Notes under the pieces: model-generated
What the model saw: only the letters and a program-made list of their open reading frames with translations
Database searches by the model: none
What the model was told of the DNA's origin: nothing
Shown here: positions 41,405-55,000 of the stretch, in pieces
Layout of the letters: the number at the start of each line of letters is the position of its first letter
Numbering within the stretch: the first letter of the stretch is position 1
Assembly (NCBI RefSeq): GCF_000485595.1
Contig: NW_014577087.1
Coordinates: forward strand, 401,162 to 464,121
Reading direction: 5' to 3'
DNA: 62,960 bases
Origin: Priapulus caudatus
Lineage: Eukaryota
Program-made: the position numbers and the translations under genes

Positions 41405-42206
41405 ANNNNNNNNNNNNNNNNNNNNNNNNNNNNNNNNNNNNNNNNNNNNNNNNNNNNNNNNNNNNNNNNNNNNNNNNNNNNNNNNNNNNNNNNNNNNNNN
41501 NNNNNNNNNNNNNNNNNNNNNNNNNNNNNNNNNNNNNNNNNNNNNNNNNNNNNNNNNNNNNNNNNNNNNNNNNNNNNNNNNNNNNNNNNNNNNNNNNNNN
41601 NNNNNNNNNNNNNNNNNNNNNNNNNNNNNNNNNNNNNNNNNNNNNNNNNNNNNNNNNNNNNNNNNNNNNNNNNNNNNNNNNNNNNNNNNNNNNNNNNNNN
41701 NNNNNNNNNNNNNNNNNNNNNNNNNNNNNNNNNNNNNNNNNNNNNNNNNNNNNNNNNNNNNNNNNNNNNNNNNNNNNNNNNNNNNNNNNNNNNNNNNNNN
41801 NNNNNNNNNNNNNNNNNNNNNNNNNNNNNNNNNNNNNNNNNNNNNNNNNNNNNNNNNNNNNNNNNNNNNNNNNNNNNNNNNNNNNNNNNNNNNNNNNNNN
41901 NNNNNNNNNNNNNNNNNNNNNNNNNNNNNNNNNNNNNNCCTCTCTCTCTCCCTCCCTCCTCCCACCTTAGAACAGCAAGAGCTGCATCGATATTCAGCAC
42001 ACGCTGTAGACGCGAACTGGAGCGCCCCCTCTCTCGCTGCCGTGTTTTTCTACATTTATAGCAATCTGTTTTGCTTCTTCGTCCCATCGCCACAACCAGC
42101 AGCGGCGGCTGGCCCGAACGCACGACCGTCCGCTAGGCAGCCGATGTGCGCGTGCGCGTGCGCGGGTGAGTGCTTGCGAGCACGTGGGCCGATAATAAAA
42201 TGATAG

Positions 42207-42247
42207 CAGGAGCGTATAATGACAAAATTTGTCATTATACGCTCCTG
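42207..42247. mobile_element. CARGAG micro-hairpin element, 41 bp
   Basis: atgatag|caggagcgtataatgacaaa-a-tttgtcattatacgctcctg|atgatag; perfect arms and TSD. Confidence 0.9.
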
Positions 42248-43137
42248 ATGATAGTAATAGTAAATCAATTGTAATTACTACAAACGTTTTAATTTCATCT
42301 AGTTTTAACCGTCTATATTTTACGAGTTTGGGCGTACAGCAAGACGATGTTTTAAAGGGATATTTGAATGAAATTTATGAAGAAACAATAGGCGATAGAG
42401 AACCAAGAATGTAACCAAGAAACGAAATAAATGTTGGCAGTAAATACATTTTCTTACTTACTCAAGCGACCTCTTCGCACGTCCCTGTCTCTAACTCGAA
42501 CGGATAATATATTCTGCAACCTGCATACATGCGCACGCATGCGTGCGTGTGCGCGTGCATGCGTGCGTGCGTGGCGCGTGTACGGAGTGCTGACAACGTG
42601 AACGGTCGATACTCGGTGTCTAGTGTACGAGATACATTACCGCGCGTAGACCCCTTCCTCTCCCGAACTAAATCAGCATAGCACGGTTCATCAGATTAAT
42701 ACACCGGTGTAAATCGCACAAAAATCAACGGTAAGACTAAGAAAGCAAAACACCCTTGACACTTTATCTCGTCAATCCAATATCAATTCATTTTCGCGGA
42801 CAGATAAATGTTTTTAGATACGCTCTACTTGTTTAGCGATCGATCGATGAGCTTTGCAGTCGGATAGGTGCTAGACTATGGTATGGGGCGGGGCTATTCT
42901 TCGTGGGGGGAAAGGCATGAATCTCCAACGCTGGTTCTTTCTTCCACGGTAAGGAGAAACCCCCTTCGTCCATGATTGCTAATAGGAAGGTGTTCACCTG
43001 CGAATAAGCAAGCGAAGGTACGCGGCCGCCGTCGCGTCTATCCGCATAGTACGTAGTCGGTCACCTCAATATAGCTGTCAAGTGGGAAAGAAAGGACACG
43101 CCTAGCAATTACAGTAGCCTCGCCAACAGCAGCGTGC

Positions 43138-43180
<43 letters not shown>

Positions 43181-43183
43181 CGC

Positions 43184-43214
<31 letters not shown>

Positions 43215-43281
43215 TGTGCGTGAGGTGTCGTTTCCTATATAAAGTGTGCACGTTGTTCGCAAAGCGTTAGTCGGATATTAT

Positions 43282-43319
43282 CAGGAGTGAATAATAGAGA
43301 TCTCTATTATTCACTCCTG
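43282..43319. mobile_element. CARGAG micro-hairpin element, 38-bp perfect palindrome
   Basis: atattat|caggagtgaataatagagatctctattattcactcctg|atattat. Confidence 0.9.
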
Positions 43320-44356
43320 ATATTATCATGCGGATTTAGATGCATGCATATCAAACGTCGTTCAGTGACCATCACGTACGTGTCGCATTCTCTGATTCAC
43401 TCATAGATATTAATTATTATATAGCTATACACTGATCTATCTTTCTATGTCTGTCTGCCCGTCTGTCTATCTGCCCGTCCGTCTGTGCGTGTGTGCGCGC
43501 CGGTGTGTGCGCGCCGGTGTGTGCGCCCGTGCCATTTAGATATATATAGACTTGCACAAATTTTCATCTAATATAATTGCGAGAGTTGTAAACGAGCTGT
43601 GAGCCCACACTAACTACGCACTGGCTTTCCATAGCTTACGGATCACATACAAGTAAGCGCGAGCGGATGCGGGGCGTGGCCACATCAGAATCTTCGCCAT
43701 GCTACCTCGCTTTACGCACGACGGAGCCGACACCAAGACACGAGCAACAGCGTGATGTGAACTTACTCTTATACCGTGCCTCGACGTTGTCGCTTGACCA
43801 TTCCGCACAGACCGACGCATAGCTAATAACGCACTAGTTATAGTAATACTAATAGTATTAGTTAACATACTACTATAGTCACTCTCTGTGCATTTATACG
43901 GAACAACTCAAGACACGCAAGCTGTCACTATCGCGGTCACGTTGAGCAACTCGCCGCCAGTGAAACCGTGTCGTATTGATTGAAGTAGTTAGCGAGATCG
44001 CAGAGCTAACAACAGGCGGACAACTTACGTGCACGCGCGATCGCGGCCCGGTGCGGTCGGTGCCAGCGCGCCTATTACACCGACACTCAGCGCATTGCGC
44101 GCACGCAGCCAGCGTTTTCGGAATTCCAAGATGGCCGACAAAAAAAAGCCAGTCACCGACACCGAGTGAGTGACCAAATGATCGCACGTCCTTCGGAAGA
44201 GCTGGACTGGAATTGAGCGTTGTGCAGCTTTCGCCGAAAGTGACGTGGATTGGCGCGTGGTGAACGCGCGGGGACAGCGAGAGGGACAGTCTATCACCAT
44301 ACAGTTACACCCTCTCGCTCTCTCTCTCTCTCGCTCTCTCTCTCTCTCTCGCTCTC

Positions 44357-44401
<45 letters not shown>

Positions 44402-45054
44402 NNNNNNNNNNCCCTTTCGATGAAAAAGGGCGCGGTCATTTTCGGACTGTTCGCCCGGATAGAGATTTTGGCACACATCCCACGTTGTTCCCTGGTGTCA
44501 CATTAGCCTATAACAATTGAGATATCCTCTCCTAAATTATGTGCAAACATATCTTAGCCAGGTCCTCTACTAACATGGGCTCGGCCAGATTATGTGAACA
44601 TTTTACATAATGATTTTGTTGGCGTTTGCCGATAGATGCCACTGTCACCATTTTGTATATTATGTGTGATAAATTTTTATTGAAGAGTAAACACAACTAA
44701 CAAGGATTAGAACATATTTGTAGAACTGAAATAAAAAATGACTAGTCACGTTCCGGGACTCAAAATGTTAGTTTCGTTTGACGCTCCGTGTGCCGTGATT
44801 CCAGTGAAGTTATGGAACGATACAAATAATGTTGTACACAGAGAGGGAGAGAGATAGATATGAAGACGTTACGATTTTGTAATGTTGTAACGACCACGTG
44901 TTACAGGGTGGTCCCCCCCCCCCTCACGCGCGACGCGAGTCGCGCCGCGCGGTTGGCAGAGGCATGACAGAGGCATGGCATTACGGCGCCGCCCCTAGCA
45001 ACCACCTAGCAACCACCGCGATCAATACGGCTCCTATGCCAATTGTTCTGCGGC

Positions 45055-45125
45055 GTTGCCCCTAGCAACCACGAGCGATCAATGCAGCTGCTAGCCGGGC
45101 GAGCGGGCCAATCCAAGATGGCGGC
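45055..45125 (+). promoter_or_regulatory. Motif cluster: RFX X-box, CCAAT and YY1-like site
   Basis: GTTGCC-CCT-AGCAAC at 45055-45069, CCAAT at 45108, CAAGATGGCGGC at 45114. Motif matches only. Confidence 0.3.
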
Positions 45126-45160
45126 CCGCCCGCGCTGTCCACACGCTGCCAGGGCCGCTA

Positions 45161-45762
45161 TGTCACGACCTGTCACGCACCCACGCCAGCTGATCAGGGG
45201 ATTAGCACCACCTTCCCCAATTAGCGGCGTGTACGTGACGTAATTAGCGGTACTGGCCTAGCGTGCGGGCAGGCCCGGTGATGACCTGGCGGCTAATTCA
45301 GAGCGACTTTAGAACCGCTCGACCGTGGGGTTTTCGCCGGGCTGGATTACATGCGCTAAACGCACCGTGAAAAGCTGTTAGCGCATGGGGCAGCGGCCAT
45401 GTTGACTGGTCGTGACGCGTTTGCGTGGATAGGCGGAGCCACCTCCCGGACGGTGCCATGGCTGAATAGCGGGTCGCTCCCGTTAGGGGCCGCCACCGTC
45501 CAGCGCGAGCAGGGTGAAGCCAAGCGAACGCGGATGCGCGGGACACGGTGGTTGGTGGGACATGGCACGTGGTTGCCATGTACCACGTGCGTGGGGGGGC
45601 GCCTATAAAAACGGATGCGCGAGCTGCCTCGAGGAATTCGCTCCCGACTCCAGACGCGACCGCCTGTATATTTGTAACCGTGTAGTGAACGAAATTAAAC
45701 ATCAGTCATGGTATATATTCTCTGATTGGCTTCTCTTACCTATGTATTGGCGAAACATGACA
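45161..45762 (+). mobile_element. Possible solo LTR (may extend left to about 44886)
   Basis: tgtcacg...catgaca ends, GC-rich interior, TATAAAA at 45604, ATTAAA at 45694. No direct 4-6 bp TSD found. Confidence 0.4.
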
Positions 45763-45855
45763 TAGCAAACAACAATAGACAAGTAGCGTTAACCTCAACG
45801 TTACAATGTCGCATTTTTCCCCTTTTTCCGATTTTTTCCCTTTTTTTATCAAAAC

Positions 45856-46025
45856 TGGACTCGGACTCGGACTCGGACTCGGACTCGGACTCGGACTCGG
45901 GTGGTGTGGACTTGGACTCGGACGCGGACTCGGGTAGCGCAGACTCGGACTCGGACTCGGACTCGGCGGGTGCGGACTTGGACTCGGACTCGGACTCGGG
46001 GGGTGCAGACTCGACTACAACACTG
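45856..46025. repeat. (GACTCG)n hexamer array ending in tacaacactg, possibly one end of a hAT-like element
   Basis: Direct inspection; partner terminus not found. Confidence 0.75.
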
Positions 46026-46194
46026 ACATTGGTTTTGCGAAATGAAAGGTGAGTATGCGGGCGAGTTCGATCAAGAGTTGGTCTGGAATTCAGCCTGATT
46101 GCTCGCTATTATAAGTCCCTTGCCAGGCGCCAACATCCGAAAATAGTAACGCCATTCACTGAAAGCAGACGCGACAATTGACGCCGACATCTTA

Positions 46195-46620
46195 AGGCCG
46201 GCGCACACCAGCCGATTTATCACGCGATTTGATAGGCCTGATAAAAATCAGCCGATATCGGGTAGGTGTGCGCGTTCATTTGTAGACGATTTTACTTACG
46301 ATTATTTTTATTGGGTGATCGTTCCAAATCAAACATGTTTGATTTTGAACCGATTATTTTGAAGCGATTTTTTGTAATCCGACAAGATTTTGTAGTGTGC
46401 GTGTGAACTCAGAAAAATCCTCTACGATAAATATTGAACAGCCAATAGCTGAACGTGCCCGTGTCACATGACATTCAAAATGGCGCCTACCATCGACAAA
46501 ATAATCAATTTTATCGTAGGTATGCGGGTGTTTATCAGAAGGCGTCGCGCTGAGCCGATTTTACAAACGATGAAGAGATTTTTTAATCGGACCGATTTTT
46601 GGGTAGGTGTGCGCCGGCCT
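46195..46620. mobile_element. PIF/Harbinger-type MITE
   Basis: tta|aggccggcgcacacc ... ggtgtgcgccggcct|tta; perfect 15-bp TIR, internal cgattt subrepeats. Confidence 0.85.
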
Positions 46621-48187
46621 TTACGAGTAGGGGCCGTGAACCCCCTCATCAAACAATACACGAAACATCTGCGCACACCGACTAATTAAATTAATCATAA
46701 CCCATCTTATTGTTTTGTAATGCACTGAATACGGTATGGTATGTACGCAGCAGCATCAAGGTGAAAGTTTCAGGATTTAGATCGCCAACAGTGATGGCTC
46801 TTTTTTCCCTGATATCACTTTCCCCATACCCCACTCCCGACACCACCCCACCCACCCCCGCCAGGCCGTCACTACCCCACCCCACTCACGACACCTCCCC
46901 CAATCAACCCCATAGGTCACACGACTACGTATTAGAAGCGATCCATTGCCTTACTTGGTCGAGTCGATTACTAGCAAGATTCGCCATGGCCCATGCCGCA
47001 TCTTCAGATCCGCCCCAGAAGCTTCACTTGCAATTCTGGTTGAACGACAGCTGTCCAGAAAGAAGCCATTAACTCGTTCACGTGCCGACAAATACCACCC
47101 CCCCCCCCCACACACACGCACATATGGGTGGCACGCACGCACAGACACACACACACACACACGCACGCACGCACGCTCGCACGCGCACACACACACATTC
47201 GCACGCATTCGCACACACGTGCACAGACCCCGCACGCACACGCACACACGCACGCACACGCGCACTTGCCACGCTGTCACGAAACGTGCAATTACACACC
47301 ACCGGCTGGCTAATCGCCCAGCGCACACAGCAGTTAGAGGATTAACGCGAGACACAAACACAGGTACGTGATTGCCTGCCTGCCTGCCTGCGCGCACATC
47401 CCCCCCCCCGTGCATAGGGAGGGGTTGACACATCACCTGAAGATGATGCCCCTCATTTAGTAGCACACGTGCGCACTTCTCCGGTTGCCCCGCAATAAAC
47501 CTCTAAGCTCTCGAAAACTAATTAGTGGAGCATTGCAGTTCGGTCGGCCTACGCATGAACTGAACAAAGCGAGGCGCCTTAGAATTTCACAATCACAAAT
47601 GACGCTCGCTGCACACAGCCGTGACTGGATATCGTATTCCATACATTTTCAGAATATCAAAATAACTTTCGCTGTAAAAACCTGCGGAACTAAACAGGTA
47701 TACAATGACGAAACATCAGCTGCTAGGCTGCTAGCTATAGCCGAGAAGCTTGAATAGACATTATATATAAGCAAGCAAACAACACCGAACAACAAGGCTG
47801 ATACGTGACTAAAATGACGACGAAAATAGCATTACTTCGTAATTATCCTCGCTTGGCTGCTATCAACAACGTGAACAACAATATCGATGCCTTACCAACC
47901 GAATGATCACAACGTTATCAGTTGGCAGTTCCTACGAATATATACTTTCAATCCGCCAAGCGTGAGAGTGCTAGTCTTGCAGCCGTCTGCTGTGCAACGC
48001 TACTGCATAGCAACCGAGTAGTGACGCCACGGTAAACACTGCCGTGGTTCGGCGATGAAGCTCTCAGTCTCATGCATGCCTGTGACCAGCTAGCTAGCTA
48101 CCAATGCTTTATGCCCAGCCGAAGAGCAAACTCCCACGCTATCGTACCGCGATCCATATCTCGACTCTACGTTGTGGTTGTTGTCGG

Positions 48188-48375
48188 CAACGCCGTCGAT
48201 GCAATATACGCATTCTGCCCCTTCTCTCGTTCCCCCTCCCCCTCCTCCTCCTCCTCCTCCTCTCTCTCTCTCTCTCTCAACGCCGTCGATGCAATATACG
48301 CATTCTGCCCCTTCTCTCGTTCCCCCTCCCCCTCCTCCTCCTCCTCCTCCTCTCTCTCTCTCTCTCTCAACGCCG
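48188..48375 (+). repeat. 90-bp tandem duplication running into a gap
   Basis: caacgccgtcgatgcaatatacgcattc... at 48188 and 48278; a third copy starts at 48368. Confidence 0.85.
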
Positions 48376-48589
48376 NNNNNNNNNNNNNNNNNNNNNNNNN
48401 NNNNNNNNNNNNNNNNNNNNNNNNNNNNNNNNNNNNNNNNNNNNNNNNNNNNNNNNNNNNNNNNNNNNNNNNNNNNNNNNNNNNNNNNNNNNNNNNNNNN
48501 NNNNNNNNNNNNNNNNNNNNNNNNNNNNNNNNNNNNNNNNNNNNNNNNNNNNNNNNNNNNNNNNNNNNNNNNNNNNNNNNNNNNNNNNN

Positions 48590-48636
<47 letters not shown>

Positions 48637-48678
48637 CCTGTGCACAGCTTCGTTACGCAACACGCTCAGACGAAAACA

Positions 48679-49067
48679 GTTTCGATCGAGATGAATAGCA
48701 AATCTACTTCTGCGAACAGCGGATACACAGATTTGTTATCTATATTCGCGCTACGGAGCGAGAGTAGCTGCCCACTGAATCATCGACATCTCGCAGAAAC
48801 AAGAATGCAGTCTCCGCTGCTAAATGTTGTTGTTGTTGTTGCTGCTGCTGCTGGTGCTAGCGCTGCTTATGTTGCTGCTACTGCTGCTGATTCTGTTACT
48901 GCTGCCGCTGCTGCTACTACTACTGAGTGCTTCATCAACTAACGCGACGTTCGTTGCCGTTTGTTTTTACGTCGTACAAGACTAACAGATCGGGCGGAAG
49001 CCGGAACGCGCCGTGAGAGAAAGAAAGAGAGCGAGAGAAAGAGAGAGAGGAAGAACGAGCAAGAAAG

Positions 49068-49112
<45 letters not shown>
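48679..49112 (+). repeat. ~430-bp near-identical direct repeat, second copy at 51503-51982
   Basis: gtttcgatcgagatgaatagc ... ggaacgcgccgtgaga followed by (GA)n in both copies. Confidence 0.92.
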
Positions 49113-49118
<6 letters not shown>

Positions 49119-50341
49119 GAGAGGAGGCGTGTGGTACAAGTACGTGCGGAGTGCGGACTACTAACTATAACCAAAGCTTCATACTCCCACGCACGGCCGC
49201 GCGCACGCACGCAAACACGCACGCACGAAAGCACGCACACGTCCAACATCCCGTAGCGTAGCAACGCAGCGTTACGACGGGTTTTGACCAGCCGATGGAT
49301 GAATCACGGAGCTCCTCAACTCTCCGTTACCGGGAAGCCACAAAGCAGTGCAAACCACGAGACTCCGAATTCGGCAACCTATAAAAAATTTACTTCTGTA
49401 GGCAAAGGCGCGTGTACAGCATGCGCCAATGTTGCATGTAACATCCACCCCACCACATGCTTAATGGTTTACGATTAGAAGTCTATATGTTTACTACGCC
49501 AACATGTTAAATGTGTGGCAGTTTGGTGCTATAAATTCATATTATAATTAGCTCCGAATATACACTAAGCTAGCGCCTATTAAGTTTTTATTAAGATTCG
49601 TTTCAAATAAAACAAATTAACATATAGAAAACACGAAACAACCTACAACTATAAACACACTTAATTCGATACGTTGCCACGTGTGTTTACATCTAGCCGA
49701 TCGTAATCCTCTATTAACCTTGTTAATTAACGTGTTTCCGTAAGTGCAGCTTCAAGCAAACCGACGCTGGGCGAAGCAAATGCTCATACTCATAGGATTA
49801 TACAAAAGTAACCATGAAAGGGGCGGATTTGGCCTCAACACTATTTCATATATTCAACCGTAGTTATACAATGGAAGGTACAGGGTGTTACTGGAGCGAT
49901 GGGAGAGAGGCAGTATTAGGGAGTCCGTGACATATGTAAATAAGTAACTTAGCTACGTCCCAACAAACCGTGACATGCGGTACTGCCTTACTAGCAGTAG
50001 CAGTCAGCCGCCAAATGATGTAATACAGCGTTATCTGTACAACCCGACCACAGACTAATTGAGATAAGTAATTAAGATAAGTTGTAATAATTGAGACCCT
50101 AAATTGAGATATAACTAAGGATACCTGCAAAAGTGCTCTGAGGTGTGGTAATGTTCTTGATCAGTGGAGGAATGTTGTAGACAACAGACAGGAGTGGAGA
50201 GGTCTTGTGCATACAACTTGTGAATGCTTTAACATAATAATTAAAGAGAATCAAACAGTATGAAAGAAAAAGTGAACGAAGACTAAAGAATTTTAACAAA
50301 CGAAGATCTATGAACTTTATAGCGATAGATATTTGTACTAT

Positions 50342-50383
50342 CAGGAGCGTATAATGACAAATATTTGTCATTATACGCTCCTG
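50342..50383. mobile_element. CARGAG micro-hairpin element, 42-bp perfect palindrome, same arms as 42207
   Basis: gtactat|caggagcgtataatgacaaatatttgtcattatacgctcctg|gtactat. Confidence 0.9.
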
Positions 50384-50709
50384 GTACTATGTACATTATT
50401 ATTCTGTGTAATGCCCGTTTCGGGCTCTCCCTAGGCGTATATATATATATGTACAACCCGACCACAGACTACGACCATATTATAACGTCGTAGCAAACGT
50501 CAGGCACGCGTAGATGCGTGACCTCGTAAAGATAACTCGTGATTCCGCCAACAAAACAACTTAACAACTGCGTTAGCGTCCTTGATTCGCTCCGCTCGAA
50601 TTAAACACTCACAGTCTTCGTTACGCAACATCTTAGCAAGCAGCATGCGTATTCATTGCCCACCAGTATGCTGATTAATATGCCGATTCTTTGACGCACA
50701 ATTTGGTAT

Positions 50710-50769
50710 GCAGCACTAGCAGCCGCACTAGCAGCACCAGCAGCAGCACGCAGTAGCAGCAGCAGCACT

Positions 50770-50813
<44 letters not shown>

Positions 50814-50942
50814 CAGCAGCAGTAGCAGCAGCGGTAGCACCAGCACTGAGCAGCAGCAGCAGTAGCGGCACCAGCACCAGCACCAGCACCAGCGGCGGCA
50901 GCGGCAGCAGCAGCAGCAGCAGCAGCAGCAGGCACAGCGCAG
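50710..50942. repeat. Imperfect (CAG)n trinucleotide tract
   Basis: Direct inspection. Confidence 0.9.
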
Positions 50943-51895
50943 CGTCCCGTGATGCTGTCGTTGGCAACCACAACATAAACGTATACAGCAGGCATTCGAC
51001 TGACACCGACAGTCTTTGCGGGCACCAACAACTCGTTTCACCCCAGTCACTCGGACCTACGGAGTCAGTCTACAATCCACACGCACATGACATATGTGGG
51101 CAACGTTAACTGTCTCTCTCTCTCTCTTGTCAAAAGCCCCAAAGGCTTAGGTCACTAGTAGTTAGGTCACTAGTGCCTTCACGATGAAAGGCGGGGTGTG
51201 GTGTTGGCTATTAAAAGTGAGATACGATTGAGAACTGCCGTTTGAGCAGGCAACTTGTATTATACGCGCGCGTGTAAAGCGTCGTAAGCGTGCGACCGTT
51301 CCGACACGCCAATGATTGCGGCTCGCAACCAACCAACGCAACTCGCAAACACGTAACCGCGTGCCTGTCGTACAGCGCCAAACCGCTACACTGCATCTTT
51401 GCCGTCAGATAATGCGTATAAATGCCATCGTCAGCCCGTGGGGTGACCAACGCGAACTGTTTACGTGTTAAAAGCCAGAGAGAGAGCGAGAGAGAGAGAG
51501 AGGTTTCGATCGAGATGAATAGCAAATCTACTTCTGCGAACAGCGGATACACAGATTTGTTAATCTATATTCGCGCTACGGAGCGAGAGTAGCTGCCCAC
51601 TGAATCATCGACATCTCGCAGAAACAAGAATGCAGTCTCCGCTGCTAAATGTTGTTGTTGTTGTTGTTGCTGCTGCTGCTGGTGCTAGCGCTGCTTATGT
51701 TGCTGCTACTGCTGCTGATTCTGTTACTGCTGCCGCTGCTGCTACTACTACTGAGTGCTTCATCAACTAACGCGACGTTCGTTGCCGTTTGTTTTTACGT
51801 CGTACAAGACTAACAGATCGGGCGGAAGCCGGAACGCGCCGTGAGAGAGAGAAAGAGAGCGAGAGAAAGAGAGAGAGGAAGAACGAGACAAGAAG

Positions 51896-51982
<87 letters not shown>

Positions 51983-51992
51983 NNNNNNNNNN

Positions 51993-52039
<47 letters not shown>

Positions 52040-55000
52040 AAGCGCACACGCACAAGCTGGCAGGCGGCGCACTGTATCGGCGATGTTACATGGAGACGCG
52101 CTCTCGGTAGCTTTGTATCGTGGGGGGGGGGGGACAAGAGAGGTTTTTTTACTCACCTCGCGGGCCTGCGTCGGGCATCTGGATCATAACAGATGGCGTG
52201 TGTAGATGTTCATCTGCCAGCCATAAGGTAAGCACTGCACAACTGTATTCATTTCAGTGCCCACATCGCACAAAGCATGTCCGATAAGCGAATTTGCTTA
52301 GCCGCAGCTACCCTATACCTGAGTAGTTCGCGGTTCGATTGCATGAAGTAAAGGTACTTCGGTGGTATATGACCCTATATTACTAGAAAAGTGCCAACAT
52401 AGAATTGTGCGGCTAGTGCATGTACTTATGGCCGCAACGGTATGACTTTTACCAAAAGTAAATCACTATCAGGGATACAATATCTATATAGTATAGATAT
52501 ATTACATTAAGTATAGTATATTACATTATATTGTGTATATATATGCATTACACACAGTGTGTATTGCATACGGTATATTTATTATGTTAACATGCTCCTG
52601 TCACTAGTAATAAATGCGCAACTACAATATCAATGAAAGTCAGCTTATTCCAAGCGCTCATCTAACAAAACTCACTGGAGAAATTTCACAATGTTTGGGT
52701 TCCATGTCAACACTGAATTCCCCTTGACAACATGCGTTTATCTTTGCTCCAACATATTACGTTTTTAAACAGACAAATCGCAAAATAACATGATCGTGTT
52801 TCCTTACTAATGATTATGTACACAAATTTTGCGTACACCCGCAGTCTCGACCGTGTATCGATCAGGGTTATAGTGCTATCGGCAGATATCGATCAATACT
52901 ATTTCGCGCTGAATAATCACTGGTATGGAAACGCAAAGGACGAGGAGTTGTGGAATTTTTCGGTGGCGATGTATTTTTGCTTTTAGGTGCGCAAACACGG
53001 AACAATCGATGCGCCGTGATTTACATTGAACGATGAAATTCCAACATCAACACCAAAACCAAAAAAATAATCTTTTAACGATCAATATTGCGAGCAGCAC
53101 GCACGTTTCTTCCCAACGCCTTCGCTAGCAGTGCCCATGCAGCATACGCGAGCACCTAACGTCATTACAAGCGAACCTAGCTCATCCTAAAAGCATTTTG
53201 ACGTACTGACGGGCAACACGCATCCAACCCGCTGCGCCTTAGTAGCTCCACATGTAGTTAATTAGCGTAGAGTTGATGACAGTAAGTGTAGGCTAACCCT
53301 ACTATTGCCCCTCCCAGCTGAAGCCATATAAGCGGCCCTGATGCCATCTTGTCAAATACACATGTATATAACACGGCCACCCGACTGCTCTGACCTAAAA
53401 CTATCACTGCTGACACGCACAGTTAGTTACTCCCCTGCTGCTAATTAATGATGGATGGTCAGCACGCTACCCCGAATGCAAACTCTCTCGGTTGTAACTA
53501 GCATCCCTGCCATACGGTCAGCGGCCACGCAGGGGACATAATCACACCGCACGCTCGCTGCTGACGAAGACCTACAAGGCGATAGACACATACACCAAAA
53601 GATAGGTACATATTATACAGGACAGCGAGCAACAGAATACACGAAGCCCCCCAAAAAAATATGCGAGCACGTATAAAAAAAATGCACATTGAGTTGCTAG
53701 ACTGGCGCCACGTAGGCGCATTTCCTGCTCGGCCTCGTCAACACATCCGCATATTCCCTACCGAAAAATCAATGGTCGCACACAACAGCACACGGTGGGA
53801 GAGCGCCAGGATGCAGCGCAAGAGAGTACACTACAGACACGCACGCACGCACGCACGCACGCACACACACGCGTATGCACACACACGCACATGCACATAT
53901 GCGCTCACGTTCTTCCTCTGTTCCGCTCTCTCTCTCTCTCTCTCTCTCTTTCTGTGCCTCCCTTTCCCTATTCCTCTCTCTCCCCTCTCTCTATCGGATA
54001 ACATTACAGATATTCGGGAGAGCTCCTCAAACCCATCCACATCCCGTCAGCTGTTTGATCGGAGCCATCCAGCCGGTAATGCCCACTCAGCGCGCGACGG
54101 CAAGTGACCATCAAATGACTATCAAATGACCGAGCGGGTCGATCGGACGTATTGCAGCCGTCGTGATCGCGAGGCAGCCCCGTATACACACACATGCATG
54201 CGGCATACAGCGGCGCTCATGCAACACAGAGCGAACCGCGCTGTGAAATGACACATGACAAAATCCAGCCAAATGACACACTGACAACTGCCCGATCTTC
54301 AACAAAACAGAACAGGCGGCACACGATGTAAGAAGCGTGTATAGGCTGACGCGTAAACTCGCAGTCTCCGGGGAACGACGCGTGGCGACGGAGGCAATTG
54401 TGCTGGGTTGACATTTTCACCTAGATCGCACGCGACTCCGCATTACATGTTTAATGACTAACAAAGCTACGCGACAACCTGGTGGCAACAGGGTAATTAG
54501 CAGATACTGTCAACGACTCTCAAGATCGGAAAATATTTCTTCATCTGCCGAATTGGTTACTCGTTGACTAGAAAAAATATCAGCTTTACCGCAGCCGCCA
54601 CCACCACCACGAGCAGTGGTGTATTCGTGGTACAATCCGTATAGTCTTCATAATAACCCGTCGACTGTATTCAGACAAACTTGGTGAGAATTCCCAATCT
54701 AGTTGCCTCATTGAACTTGATTTCCCATTTGCCTCCAGATCCCCCCATTCATAAAGCTACCGTTGACGTTAAATACTAGCCTTATCGCATTAACCACTGC
54801 GCAGCCAACACACGCGATCACACTACACCCGTCTCAGCGCGCATGAATCCACCCATCTTACCAGACCGACGGTAATTTCCTCTTCCCCTTCAATGGCCGT
54901 TACATAACGGAGCAGCGACGGAGTGTGTGACTGTGACCCAATTGCGCGCATCGGCGAGAGCGTATTTCATTCAGCGCCTCTAGTGCGGTAGTCCAGTGAG

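Noticed and set aside
39218..42123. Long ORFs spanning N runs (also 2278-3058 and 48072-48942)
   Set aside because: Artefacts of gaps and (CT)n tracts.
45726..46052. Ser-Asp repeat protein
   Set aside because: Translation of a (GACTCG)n array with no supporting context.
50601..51050. Poly-Cys/Leu/Ala or poly-Gln ORFs
   Set aside because: Translations of a (CAG)n tract with no recognisable domain or convincing splice sites.
53560..53590. Hammerhead/Penelope-like motif ctgacgaagacc...ggcgatagac (also minus-strand ctgatgag at about 18545)
   Set aside because: The GAAA core and closing stems are not present in either case.
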